From NCBI GenBank assembly GCA_040954595.2, contig CM082582.2, positions 5,192,303 to 5,256,302 on the forward strand: a stretch of DNA of 64,000 bases. The letters run 5' to 3'. Source of the DNA: Balanoglossus misakiensis. Taxonomy: Eukaryota > Animalia > Hemichordata. The notes beneath the pieces are model-generated. The model did not search any database, had not been told where the DNA came from, and was given only the letters and a program-made list of their open reading frames with translations. This document shows, piece by piece, positions 38,561 to 51,031 of the stretch (position 1 is the stretch's first letter; each line of letters begins with the position of its first letter). A program made the position numbers and the translations under genes.

Positions 38561-41500
38561 TTAGACAACGTAGGCACTGCCAACGTAGTCTGTGAAGATG
38601 GTCCACGTTTGAACTGACACTGGAGAACCATTCAACACAAAATTGCAGGTTCTGTCTGGAAATTCCTTGAAACACACAGTGAAGAGCGCCATCTCGAATT
38701 CCGGACTTCTCTTCACGAAAACAGATGTGATCGCCTTGTGATAGCCATCCCATTGCATCTGCAGACTCAAGGCTCCGTTCTGGAACAAGAAAGATGTTAT
38801 TGGTAGAGGGGAACATTCCGATAGGGAACGATCTGTCTTTGGCCTCTAACTCTGTCTGACTGACTGACTGACTGACTGAACCAACTGACAGTCTTTCTGT
38901 CAGTCTCCGTTTTTCAGTAAAGGAGCTACGAATCTGAAACAAGTCCACAAATTATGAACTTCGTTTGATTTCCGTTTTAAACCAAATCCTGCAAAAGTTG
39001 TTATTTAAGAATTTATCTGAATGAAAGACGTTTTCCGAATTGATTTTCCCCAAAGACGTTCCTTGCGGTAAGAATATCAAACAATTAATTCTGTTGGACA
39101 AGCAAGCCTTCTTAGCACCAAAACAAGAAACAAACAGACCTATACTCAGGTCAAGCACGGGAATTTTTGGCAGGAAATGTAATTATTAAAACAAAGCATT
39201 GGATTGGTGAACATTGATATGCCGATCTGCAAGTCATATCATTGCAGGTAACATTTCACTTGGGTCAGAATTTTTTTTTTCAAAACCAGCCTGTCGCCTT
39301 TTTTTATTTTCCATATTCCCTGCATGTATACCATCGCGTCATGGTTTGCAATTTCTTTCGGTCTGTTTGTATCTATCTTCTTATCCTGAATATACCTAGC
39401 CCTGTCGTAAAACAAAATCCACCGTAATATAATATATACATACGTCCTGCTGTTCGATGTAGCCGTAGTAATCCACGCTTCCAGACAACTCCTGCAGATA
39501 CATCTGAATCCAATTGTGGAATCCAGACACGGCCCCGTTTTTCACCTCTCCGACGAAGACGTGTTCAAAGCCCGATGAATCGCCGCTGGTGGTGCGCTTA
39601 TAATGGGTGAACCACATTGACTTGACCTCTGAACGGAATACATTGATGTCAGAACTTGCCAATCCTGAAAAAGGCGGGAAAACAGAAAGGTAACAATTTG
39701 TCAATTTAGAACAGAAGTGTCACCGAATCAATCCTATTTTTTTACATCAAAATCTGCCCGTGAATAGTTGAGTTGGTCAACCAATTGTTTCTAATGTGCT
39801 TATTGAACATTATCGCATTCCTTGCTCTTAAAACTGAAATGATTTTCCGGACCTATGGACGAAGACCATACCCTTCTAGCAACATTAAAGAAATTCACTT
39901 CATTTGACCTTAACTCTTCACATACAACAAACCTTTGGTTGACAAGTAATCATGGGCAAGCAACATCACATTGGAGTTCATGACCTCATCCAGGAAAGTT
40001 TCGATTTCAGCTTGTTCGCCCAGTGGTTCGGTTTCCGTGGTTCCAGTAGCCCGGATGTAATTGTCGAAGAGAGCTACCAATGCACTGTAGCTGGGTTTAC
40101 TCAGTATGGCTTCGTTGAAGTAAGCAAACAGTCTGGAACAAAAATGGTAGGGTGACATCAACGCTGCCTTTGCTTACAATTCACTGATAGAGAATTTGAG
40201 ACAGAAGTGTTTTTCACATTGGGGTCATGCAATACAGCTTCTTCACTTCCCAATTGAAGATAGTTGTTATTGGTGATGGTGATGTCGTCTTTGACATTTT
40301 GTTTCGCGAAGCGAAAAACATTTATTACCTAGCTCAATTTTCCCTCCCTAATTAGATTTTGCTACCTAGATGAGTGTCTAAAATATCATATGGTCGACAC
40401 AATTTCAAGATGGCCGATTGTTGTCATGTTAAATAAATGGAAGTTCATAAACTCAAGTGATACCGGTCATTCTATAATTTTGTAACAGAAAAAAATAACA
40501 AAATGTGAAAACAATTTGAAATTTTTTAATATGCTGCCTAAGAGAACAGAATTGACCAAAGTAAGTCATGAAATACAGTTAACATATCAAACTCTTACTA
40601 CAGTGAGTTTTCGACCTTTCACCCAGAATGCAATTATTACACTGTGAATTGACCCCCTAGCATGGAAAACATATTTAAGGCGGCCAGAATTAGTTTCATA
40701 ATCTATGCTGTGCCATATTCTCTAGAGTGCCTGCAGGTGTACTTTCTTACTTACTCGGTAGGCGCCAAGTCTACTTTCTGTGACGTGTCGGCGATGTGAC
40801 CTTGAATGTTAAGCGTGATGTCACTGTCAAGGGCGGCGTTGACGTCATTATTCCACATCTCGTTGACCAGCACGGACAACTCGTCCAAAGCTTCAATGAA
40901 AAAAACACGGTTATCTGTTTCACATTTTGCCTATGTTGATCAACTGTCTGCACTGTGTCCATGCAGGCACAGGCGGCACCATAGTTGCGCTTATCTGATA
41001 TATGTATCACACCATATTGACAGCTGCTGCATACGCCGGCCATTTAAATCAGGGGACGCGTCAATGAATGATTATTGTATTGATCGTCAGCTGACTCATA
41101 TACGTACGTGGTTCACCACACAGGGAAATGTAATCGTTACAACAGTTGCCATATTGACTACACTTATCGTTGCAATGACATGGGTTGGTCTTGTCGTACG
41201 CTTCGCCACAGCGTCCCTGGCAGGAGTATAAATTACCTGTAAGGGAATCAAGAATGTCGTGTAGGCCTATCTATGTGTTTTCCATGTAGTTACAGTATCG
41301 GTACACAGCATGGATATTTGTTTACTTTTTTGTGATATTACATCTACAATAAAAGTTACATTGTAGTAATACACCCATGTAATAACAAGTGGGCACACTA
41401 TTTCCCACTATGTAAAACAATAGACTTTCTTAGAGAAAAACTTAATTTTTTGTAATCGTGAAAATTATTTGAAAATATATAGTTGGGCTATTATTGACGG

Positions 41501-42537
41501 TCTTCGTTATATCGAATTTCAGATTGGTAGGGAGTAAAAGTCTCTAACTCCAACCATGACTACACTAAATGCAATATTTTGCATTGTTAATGCGTGTCTT
41601 TTGAAACTGCCAACTAAGGCCTTTTGCCCAATAAAACCGACAATCTCGCCCACATAAATGAGATGTTACCTCCACACAGACTTTGGTAATCGCCGCAACA
41701 GTCGCCATAGGTATTACATTGATCGTTGCACTGGCATGAATAGTTAGGGTCAAAGGTTAGACCACATCGACCACTGCAGGTACCTGGTGGAAAAGAATAA
41801 AAATGGCAAGAAAAGCCGTAAGGAGAGTGAATGTACTGGCACTGTGGGGGGAAAGAGGTACTTTTGTTGTGGTATATAAATTGTAATTTAGCCAAGGCAG
41901 GGCGGTAAGAGAAATATTCACATGATTATGATGGAACAGCTGAGACAGCTATAACGAATTGACGTTTTTTTCTATTCTTTTTGTTTTTTGCATAATCTTG
42001 AAGTAACTTCAAGATTACGAATTGACTCTTTACTAGGTTCCAACGCAGACATACTGCACCACATAGCAAGCAAGGTCCCTCACAAAACCGCCAGGCTAAA
42101 TCCACTCCCGAAACGATGGTTACGGTGGCGCAGAGTTTTCAACGCATACGAATATTTTCAAATGCATATTTCTGACCAGAGTTATAAGTGGAAAATTCTA
42201 CCTTGGCACAAATTCTGATAATCACTACAGCAATCGCCATAGGTACTACATTGATCGTTGCACTGGCATGAATAGTTTGAGTCGAACGACAGACCACAGC
42301 GACCACTGCATGAATCTGGCTGACAAGAAGAAAAGAGAAAACTGACATAAGACAGCATTCAGAGAACACTTCAATAAAGTAAAAAGCTGAGAAAAACGCC
42401 GAGAAAACTGTCAACAATCCATGTCTGTCTTTGTCATAGATGCCAGGCCAGGTTTTACGTTAAACGTGTCACTGACCTTGTGCGAGTAGACTATTACAGC
42501 CCAAGACAACCAAGGCGAGAAGAGTAATGAACTTCAT
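38561..42537 (-). CDS. ENDOU: Poly(U)-specific endoribonuclease EndoU/PP11 with signal peptide and 3 SMB domains (8 exons, ~397 aa)
   Basis: Exons 42537-42477, 42315-42202, 41783-41670, 41236-41108, 40890-40755, 40132-39933, 39664-39444, 38779-38561 splice in frame. Signal [20 protein letters not shown], three 8-Cys SMB exons, then XendoU-domain motifs [44 protein letters not shown] and terminal SAY. Confidence 0.95.
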
Positions 42538-42560
42538 CTTGAAGTGACTTCACCGCTGCG

Positions 42561-42608
42561 ACTGAGACAGTGCAGACGTGGGACTTTATTTAATCCCATT
42601 TATATAAA
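42561..42608 (-). promoter_or_regulatory. Candidate EndoU core promoter (TATA-like + Inr)
   Basis: Minus-strand TAAATAAA at ~42592-42585 lies ~29 nt upstream of TCAGT (42565-42561). Homologous upstream sequence is kept in paralogues B, C and D. Confidence 0.4.
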
Positions 42609-43994
42609 GAACTGCCATTACTTACTACCGGTATTAGCGATATCATAATAGATAAGACAGTGTTTCGTGTAATCCTCTCGAAGGAGAACCACACAAATAT
42701 CATAATTTAATACCGGATTACTGATATGATTTAGATATACCATAATGTGGCCAGCTGTTAGCAATACAAGACAGACAATGGACATTTCTACCCAAACTAT
42801 AGACTGTATGGGAGGCGTTGTGTGAAATAGAATGGGAGAAACCAACTGATATTAAGAAGGAGGAAGGGGGGGGGTACTGGCTCAATTGTGTAAATAAATA
42901 TTTATACGTATGGTGGGCAAGCGCTAGTCTAATTCAGGAGGATAACCGGGAGATTAAAACGGATTTTCTCGGAGAAATGCCATCTATTCATCTGAATGAA
43001 AAGGTTTACGGTTTGTCTACAGTGTTTCTTCTGTCTGACTTAATTTGGGATAAATTCTGCCTCGTGTGAATACAGAAGTAAGTCAGCAAGGGAGAAGCTT
43101 GATACCCATTAGAATATATGTGTATTGTTTTTAGACTAAATTTGCAGTCCAAATTTAGCAACTGTGTCTATTAGGAATTCAAGCGTACTTAAGACCTTAG
43201 AATTAATAACACTCTTTGAAACATTTCTAATTATAGCACAATACTACATACTTGTGATAACCTTTTCAATTTCGTAGATACATACCCAATTGATGATTTT
43301 CAAACGTTAATTGTCCTATTTTATCTTGCAAATTTTTAATTGATGCTGAATGTATCCTTGAGACAGATCCTTATATCAAATTAGCCAAGAGTCCTGTGGC
43401 ACACCACAGAATCAACATTTGAATATAATAATTTCGTTAAAACATCACTGTCCCTGTTTGATGGTACCAAGAACAGGTGTTGGAATCCCAGATAAGAACA
43501 TTTTGACGACCTTGTGATAAACCTGGCTTTGTCATTGTATGCTGCTTCTTCTGTTGAGGGCCAAAGGTCACGTTGTTGCATTGTTAACGCAAGTGCATAG
43601 TCGACTCAATTAAGTTTACAAAAAATAACGACTGTGGAACACTGATATCATCTGCAAAAACTTACCCAGATATTGTGCATGAGTCACAATAACATGCCCC
43701 CCGCGCATATCCAGGGACGAGATATGCCATTTGCAATTTCCGATATCTCATCACCGCCGCGCCTGTAAAAGCTCGCCACCACTGCGCCCCCACCGGTGAG
43801 CAGGCATCCACGATTCAATCGAACACCACTGTTGAAGAAGGTCGAAACAGGTCGAAATTAGGACATGTAATTAACCTTTATCCGGTCAACCGCGGACGAA
43901 TGCAGGGCCGAGGCTGTACTGTGTTTGATATGATACTGCTTGTTTCTTTGAAACTGTACCTGTACACATATCCCATGCCAATCAAGGTTGGGTG

Positions 43995-45075
43995 ATTACT
44001 CAACAATCATGTCATTTCAACGAATATAAACTGTTACATGGCCCAGCGTCACATTTTAGAAATGTTATCCAGTCTGGGCGGATGTTGAATTAACTGACAC
44101 TTAGCAAGCGGAGTCTGTGCTGCAAGAAGTCCACCATTGTTGTGTCATTAAGTTCATTTCTGTTTTTAGAGAAAAGTTACTGATCAAGAAATTGTTCATA
44201 TTTGGAGAAGATTGTTTAATTAATACTTTCATTGGAAACCCCGATTTTAGTACACAAGCTACCTCATATATAATATAAACTGTGGTATAGACCTATTTGC
44301 CAAAAAAAAAGGTCAACTATCAGACAAATTAAACCAGTTTTCCCTCCACGATGACGGGCAAGCAATATTTCGGCATCCAGTAAACGTTTTTCCGAGTATG
44401 TTTTTGCTTTAGAACCGCCAGATACGTAACATGTATCAGGCATGGTGCCTTATCAGCCTCGTGGAGTTTCGTCTGCACAGTCTTTGTCTGAATGCCAACG
44501 TAACTGCCGCCTGAGCGCGTCTGACGTCATTTGATATCGAAGAATTTCTTGCACTGAATATCACGATGGCCATGGATTGGTCATCTACATGTAAATGACG
44601 GGTCAGGAGTCAGCATGTTTCAGTAAATAAGACAATGGTATCCCTAGAAGGGTACAAATATGAGAGAGAATGACAATTTTAACCAAAAGTTATCGGTCAA
44701 AATTGTTTTACTGTATAACGTGTACCCCATGCGTTGTGTATGCTATTGAGTATTTTTGAGATCCTAAAAAGCTGCAATGATGACATGAAAATGGCCGACT
44801 ACCTGTACAAGTTGTGACATGGTTCCAACCTGTACAAGTTGTGACATGGTTCCAACCTGTACAAGTTGTGACATGGTTCCAACTTGTATTGGTGTTAATG
44901 TTTAACTCACAGGGATCAGACAGCATGTTGTAAAGTTTAATATTGATATTTGATCAATTATTGTCAGATGACTTCTCACCTCCACTCAGACATTTCTAAA
45001 TATATATGACACAAACCTTCGAATGAAAATAAAACAAAACAATTATGATAGATGAGAAACGAAACTTTTCTCGAC
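43995..45075. repeat. Segment duplicated at 62966-64000
   Basis: attactcaacaatcatgtcatttcaacgaatataaactg... is shared; it includes a 27-bp tandem unit (acctgtacaagttgtgacatggttcca) present 3x here and 2x in the second copy. Confidence 0.9.
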
Positions 45076-46394
45076 ATAAATTTCCTGTCATTGTCTAGGG
45101 TGATATTTTATAGAGCACACACATCCGTAACGAAGCAAACACTATGCCCCACAGAGCTCCATAGAGCTCCTTTCACATTTAATAAATAATATCTGACAAG
45201 ATTAATACTGAACATTGTCTTTACTTTATGAAAATTTGTCAGTAAATATAAATTCATTGGTCAACTAAAATTATGTGGTCACCGCGCTCTAAACTACTGG
45301 TGAAAAGTGCAGTCAGCAGCTTTCTTCTATTATCAACTAAATTCATGGCTCTGTATTTCAAAAACAAGTGCGTTGACATGACCCCTATATTTCATTGTAG
45401 CGAATGTTTGTAATTTATAGGAATAAGTAACTAATTGCACAAGCTTAAATGTTCCAGGCAAGTGTGTGAGAAATCATACACCTGGCAAAGCATCGACATT
45501 TGGCCGTAGTCCAAAAACAAAACCGTGAATACAGGAAAAACGGAACATGTTTCTACACGTTCATGATAACATTACTCTATGTTCTTGCGAAACGGTATAC
45601 AATGTCCGACATACTGCATATCTATACTTTTGATGAGCTTTATCTGCTTATGTGTGTTGATATATTATGAGGCCTTCCCGCGTTTTTTAATGTTATTAAT
45701 TAGTCGACATGACTCTTTCCTCGCTCGTACTAATAGCGATTTCTCGTATAATTATTAAAACACGTCGTGTTTTACAGTATTTTCTGTTCGAAAAATGAAG
45801 ATCAATAATTTAATTCAACTTGGTTTATCAACAACAAAACCAAATGTTCCTACACGTATTTCTTATCTTTCACACATGCATGCGATCCGAAATTCCGTGG
45901 GATTTCAAAATGGCGATCAGGAGTTCAAACACTCGCTAACTGTAATTTTTTCATGATATTTATGGGTTTAAAAGCAAAAATTCAGAATAAAAGGTAGCGC
46001 GTTCTGGGACTAATGCGTTTAAAAATAGCTGTGCCAAACGATTTGCTGATATTTCGTACCTAGGCCTGAATATTAGTAGGCCTATTGCAACATTCGATCG
46101 CCCAACAATGATTTCTGTTAAAATCATCAATTGAATTCATTCTGTGTATTCCTTCTTTGCATGTAATGAAGACGTGTTTTATGAAGAAGAATCATTTATC
46201 TTATAATGTATCCAACTTCGGCCGTTGCCTTCTTGATGATTGAGTCCTTTGTGCTTGGTAAGATACGATTTTCTCGCGTTCTGTTAGACATTACCCTTTG
46301 GGCGTTTCCTCGTCGGGGCTTACTATGGAGAATCAGCCACGTCCGAAGGCTGAGAGTGTAACACAACTCCACTTTCTCCATCCAACATACATGT

Positions 46395-46395
<1 letters not shown>

Positions 46396-46428
<33 letters not shown>

Positions 46429-46850
46429 GTAATACTAATAATTGCATCAAAGGCCACCGGCCCATCGTATTTGAAACATCATTATATAAAAGCACAGATC
46501 TTGATTGCACGCCGAAACCACACAAAGCATATCATCATGTCATGCATGGCATTACAATTTCAAGTCTTCTAGCTACAATTCTAAAGCGTGGCACACAAAT
46601 GTTGACAGGTACGTTATTTATAATGTTGTTATCAGTTGAAGCGAAAAGTTGAACCATATGTGCTTGATAATGATGTCTCGTAATCCACACAAAAAAGGAT
46701 ATTCGTCTTCCACGATGTATGTATTACAAATTTTACATAGGCCTAACTTTGCAGATCTGTCCAGACCTTTGCTCTGACCAGTTTTAATAAAAAGGTTGAT
46801 GAGCGGAGCATCGTCTGTGGGAAAGAGCTTTTCGATGAGAGTCAAAGATT
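46396..46850 (-). mobile_element. Degenerate 3' end of a non-LTR retrotransposon
   Basis: IKTG.SKGLDRS...LCKICNTYIVEDEYPFL resembles the C-terminal Cys/His region (IETGR...LC..C...EDE.HF) of LINE ORF2, followed by a ggcc..ggcc stem and an (ATT)n tail. Confidence 0.65.
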
Positions 46851-48233
46851 AGATTGAAATGGCGAACAATATTTGGAAGGAGAATATTCTCAGATATTTT
46901 GACAAAACTCGAAGGCCATCGAAGCCCGGTGCTTTACCAGTTTTAAGCTGTATGAATTGCCTTAGATATCTCATCCACTGTAATAGGCATATTCAAAATA
47001 AACTCGTCAGATTCGTTATCAGTGTCACCCATTACTGTGTTCTGATTTCACACATAAAGGCTATTAGACACACCCATTGGTATCTCCTTGTTCAGGGCAA
47101 TTATCACATGATCCCATTTTTATGTGTCATTTGTTTTACTCCACGACGGTAAGTAACTATTGCGCATGCTTAAATGTTTCGGGCAAGTGTGTGCATCCAT
47201 CTTGCAAAGCATCGACATTTGGCCGTAGTCCAAAAACAAAACCGTGAGTACAGGAAAAAACATGTTTCTACACGTTCATGATAACATTACTCTATGTTCT
47301 TGCGAAACGGTATACAATGTCCGACATACTGCATATCTATACTTTTGATGAGCTTTATCTGCTTATGTGTGTTGATATATTATGAGGCCTTCCCGCGTTT
47401 TTTAATGTTATTAATTAGTCGACATGTCTCTTTCCTCGCTCGTACTAATAGCGATTTCTCGTATAATTAAACACGTCGTGTTTTACAGTATTTTCTGTTC
47501 GAAATATGAAGATCAATAATTTAATTCAGCTTGGTTTATCAACAACAAAACCAAATGTGTTTCCGACACGTATTTCTTATTTTTCACACATGCATGCGAT
47601 GTACTGAATATTAGTAGGCCTATTGTAGGTATTGCAACATTCGATCGCCCAACAATGATTTCTGTTAAAATCACCAATTGAATTCATTCTGTGTATTCCT
47701 TCTTTGGAATGTGTGCATTTTTTTCAAATTGTAGTCTCTCTCCCTTTTTTAGTACAAAGGGTGTTCTTTTTAATACTTTGTGTGTATTTTTGTGGGTGCG
47801 AAGTGTGCGTTTTTCGTGAAAAATGTGCGCCTGGTTTTTTTGTGACAAATGAGTGATTTTTTTGTGCAACTGCCTCGTGGGCGTTTTTTTTGTTAAGCTT
47901 GGAGGTTTTTTTGACAATAGGTGAGATTTTCTTCTGTGTGTGTCAGTTTTTTTTTACTCTGCGACGGTAAGTAACTATTGCGCAAGCTTAAATGTTCCAG
48001 GCAAGTGTGTGCGAAATCATACACCTGGCAAAGCATCGACATTTGCCCATAGTCCAAAAACAAAACCGTGACTACAGGCAAAACATGTTTCTACATGTTC
48101 ATGATAACATTACTCTATGTTCTTGCGAAACCATGAACGGTATACAATGTCCGACATACTGCATATCTATACTTTTGATGAGCTTTATCTGCTTATGTGT
48201 GTTGATATATTATGAGGCCTTCCCGCGTTTTTA

Positions 48234-49225
48234 GGGGCAACATCAAACAAATCTAACTTAATTACTTAAGTTTGGGGGTGGGGTGGTCAAATTAAATTGT
48301 GCAGTCAAAAACGACTTTACATATTTTTGGCAAACTTAGTGATTTCAAGACTACTTTTTTGTTGTGTTCTGTTGGGTTGCAATAAGAGTATTTTGTCAAT
48401 GTATTAATGGTTTTCTGTTTTTATTTAATTTACTAGTACATTGGTACGTTTTTTGAAAAAATAGTATGGGTACAGGTCCAAAATGATTTTTAATTTTATG
48501 TCAATTAAGTTGGAATGGGGGTGGGGGGTTTGAGACCTAACTTAAAGGGACACAGTCTCTCTCTCGCTGCCCTTTTTTCATTAATTATGTTTGATACAAG
48601 ACACCGTTTTAATGTACATGTGTAAATGTAGTGAATGAACGTTCAACCACACACAACTTCCATCCCACTTGTAGACACAAGAGTGAAAAACTCGCCAAAA
48701 TGAATAAATGGTAAACACCGATTATTCATTTTGGCGAGATTTTTACTCTCATATCCTACAAATGGGATGGAAGTTGTGTGTGGTCGAATGTTGATTCACT
48801 ATATATCCACATGTACATTAATATAAACGGTGTCTTTTATCAAAAGAATGACAATTTTACACCAAAAGTTACCGGTCAAAATTGTTTTACTGTATAACGT
48901 GTACCCTATGTGTTGTGTATGCCATTGAGTATTTTTGAGATCCTAAAAGGCTACAGTGATGACATAAAATGGCCGAGTACCTGTACAAGTTGTGACATGG
49001 TTCCAACCTGTACAAGTTGTGACATGGTTCCAACTTGTATTGGTGTTAATGTTTAACTCACAGGGATCAGACAGCATGTTGTTAAATTTAATATTAATAT
49101 TTGATCAATTATTGTCAGATGACTTCTCACTTCCACTGACATTTCTAAATATATATGACACAAACTTTCTAAAGAAAAAAAACTTCTCGACATAATTTAT
49201 GATATTGAACTTTTGATGTTGCCCC
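48234..49225. mobile_element. Harbinger-type non-autonomous element with composite interior
   Basis: TIR GGGGCAACATCAAA / TTTGATGTTGCCCC with TTA TSD. Empty site ccgcgttttttaatgttatt at ~45678 and ~47394. A second copy lacking the right TIR starts at ~54647. Confidence 0.75.
48590..48845. repeat. ~255-bp imperfect foldback (second copy ~55004-55258)
   Basis: Arms ...ccacacacaacttccatccca...ctcgccaaaatgaataa / ttattcattttggcgag...tgggatggaagttgtgtgtgg. Single related arms occur at ~27930-28050 and ~30975-31120. Confidence 0.8.
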
Positions 49226-50292
49226 TTATAATGTTATTAATTAGTCGACATGTCTCTTTCCTCGTACTAATAGCGATTTCTCGTATAATTAAACACGTCG
49301 TGTTTTACAGTATTTTCTGTTCGAAATATGAAGATCAATAATTTAATTAAGCTTGGTTTATCAACAACAACACCAAATGTGTTTCCAACACGTATTTCTT
49401 ATTTTTCACACATGCATGCGATGTACTGAATATTAGTAGGCCTATTGTAGGTATTGCAACATATTCGATCGCCCAACAATGATTTCTGTTAAAATCATTC
49501 TGTGTATTCCTTCTTTGGAATGTACAGTTATTGCATGCAATACTGCATTTTCAAATGTATCACTGATCACACCACTTACAGTTTGCCACCCCCATTTCAT
49601 AATGGTATGCGTAGGTCAACAGGGGTCTGATTGTTTATACATATATAAAACATTTTCTTTTTTTTGCCAAAACAAGGAAAGTAAATTACAGCACCCGACG
49701 AAAATCTTAAAGTTCCAATGTTGAAACAAACCACATGACAAGAACCTAAACAAACCATGTATCACAAACAACAATCTCAACACATGATCCAAACGAAATA
49801 AACGTACTTCAATCACGTGATGGAGGGACCGTGCATCAATATAATTTGAGACACACAAAAAAGTAAGGGGCTAATACCCATATTTGATACAGCAAAACAA
49901 AATCCTAGCAAAAAAAATAAACAATCGACAAGATATAGAAATAAATTGGTTCGAACATAGAAGGAGCAATTTGTGCATAGAACATATAGCGCGATCTCAA
50001 CACACAAACCAAAATATAGATAACCAACTTTATCACCTGAAAGTGATAAACTTATTTCTAAATATGTATGACACAAACTTTCGAAAAAGAAAATAAATAA
50101 AACAATTATGATAGATGAAAAACGAAACTTTTCTCGACATAGATTTCCTGTCATTGTCTAGGGTGATAGTTTAGAGCACACACATCCGTAACGAAGCAAA
50201 CACTATGCCCCAAACCATTGAGGTGTAGAGCTCCTTTCACATTTTATAAATAATATCTGACAAGATTAACACTGAACATTGTCTTTACTTAA

Positions 50293-51031
50293 GGTGGCAT
50301 TGCATGAAAAGTTGTGATTTTTGCCAAATTTTACTTTTTTACATAAATCGGTAGGCCTAATACTGACCCACAACCTGACTAATACGTCTTGGCGGAAATG
50401 GTGCATAATCACCCCAAAATAGCACTTTTCTGAATGAGTTCACAGCTTAACAAATAGGTGTCAACAATGCAAATAGCCGTTTTTCTCAGTTTGCATTTTC
50501 GCTGCTCTTGACAACTTCGGACTAAAATAGCTTCGCCCTGCGTTGGCCGAATTTGCTCAAATTTTGACAGGGAATTGTGTATGACCCATCCAACAAAACG
50601 CTAGTTTTGTTTGTCGATAAAGTGTCCCTGGCGGGAATAAACTCTGATTCAATACAACTCACCGTGAATTTGATCAAATTTTCTGAAAATCTAACTTTTA
50701 AACGCTGTTACTCCTCAATGGAAGCAGATAACGCAAAACAAAATTAGCGTTTTTTTGCACGTGTACTCTAGTTTTGAATGACATATTAAGATGCATGATG
50801 CATGGTCAACTTTTTTACATGTACCTATTTTAAATTTCATGACATAATATCAAAAAATGTTTTTTTTCACCCAAAATAGCCACCATTTCCGGGGATCAAT
50901 AATATTTGCAACTCAAACAAAAGTTCAAAATCTCAGCTTCCAGAATATATATGGTTTATGGGGGTTTTAACTTTTTCTTTGATGAGAAATAGGCCTCTGA
51001 AAAAGTCTCGACGGTTTCATGCAGTGCCACC
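50293..51031. mobile_element. TTAA-targeting non-autonomous DNA transposon (Kolobok-like)
   Basis: TIR GGTGGCA(T/C)TGCATGAAA with TTAA on both sides. Empty site gtctttacttaatgaaatttg in sister repeat units (~52470, ~55753). Confidence 0.85.

Noticed and set aside
43825-43865. Hammerhead-like fragments (ttgaagaaggtcgaaac; also ctgatgaagac at ~1975)
   Set aside because: No complete CUGANGA-stem-GAAA core with supporting helices.
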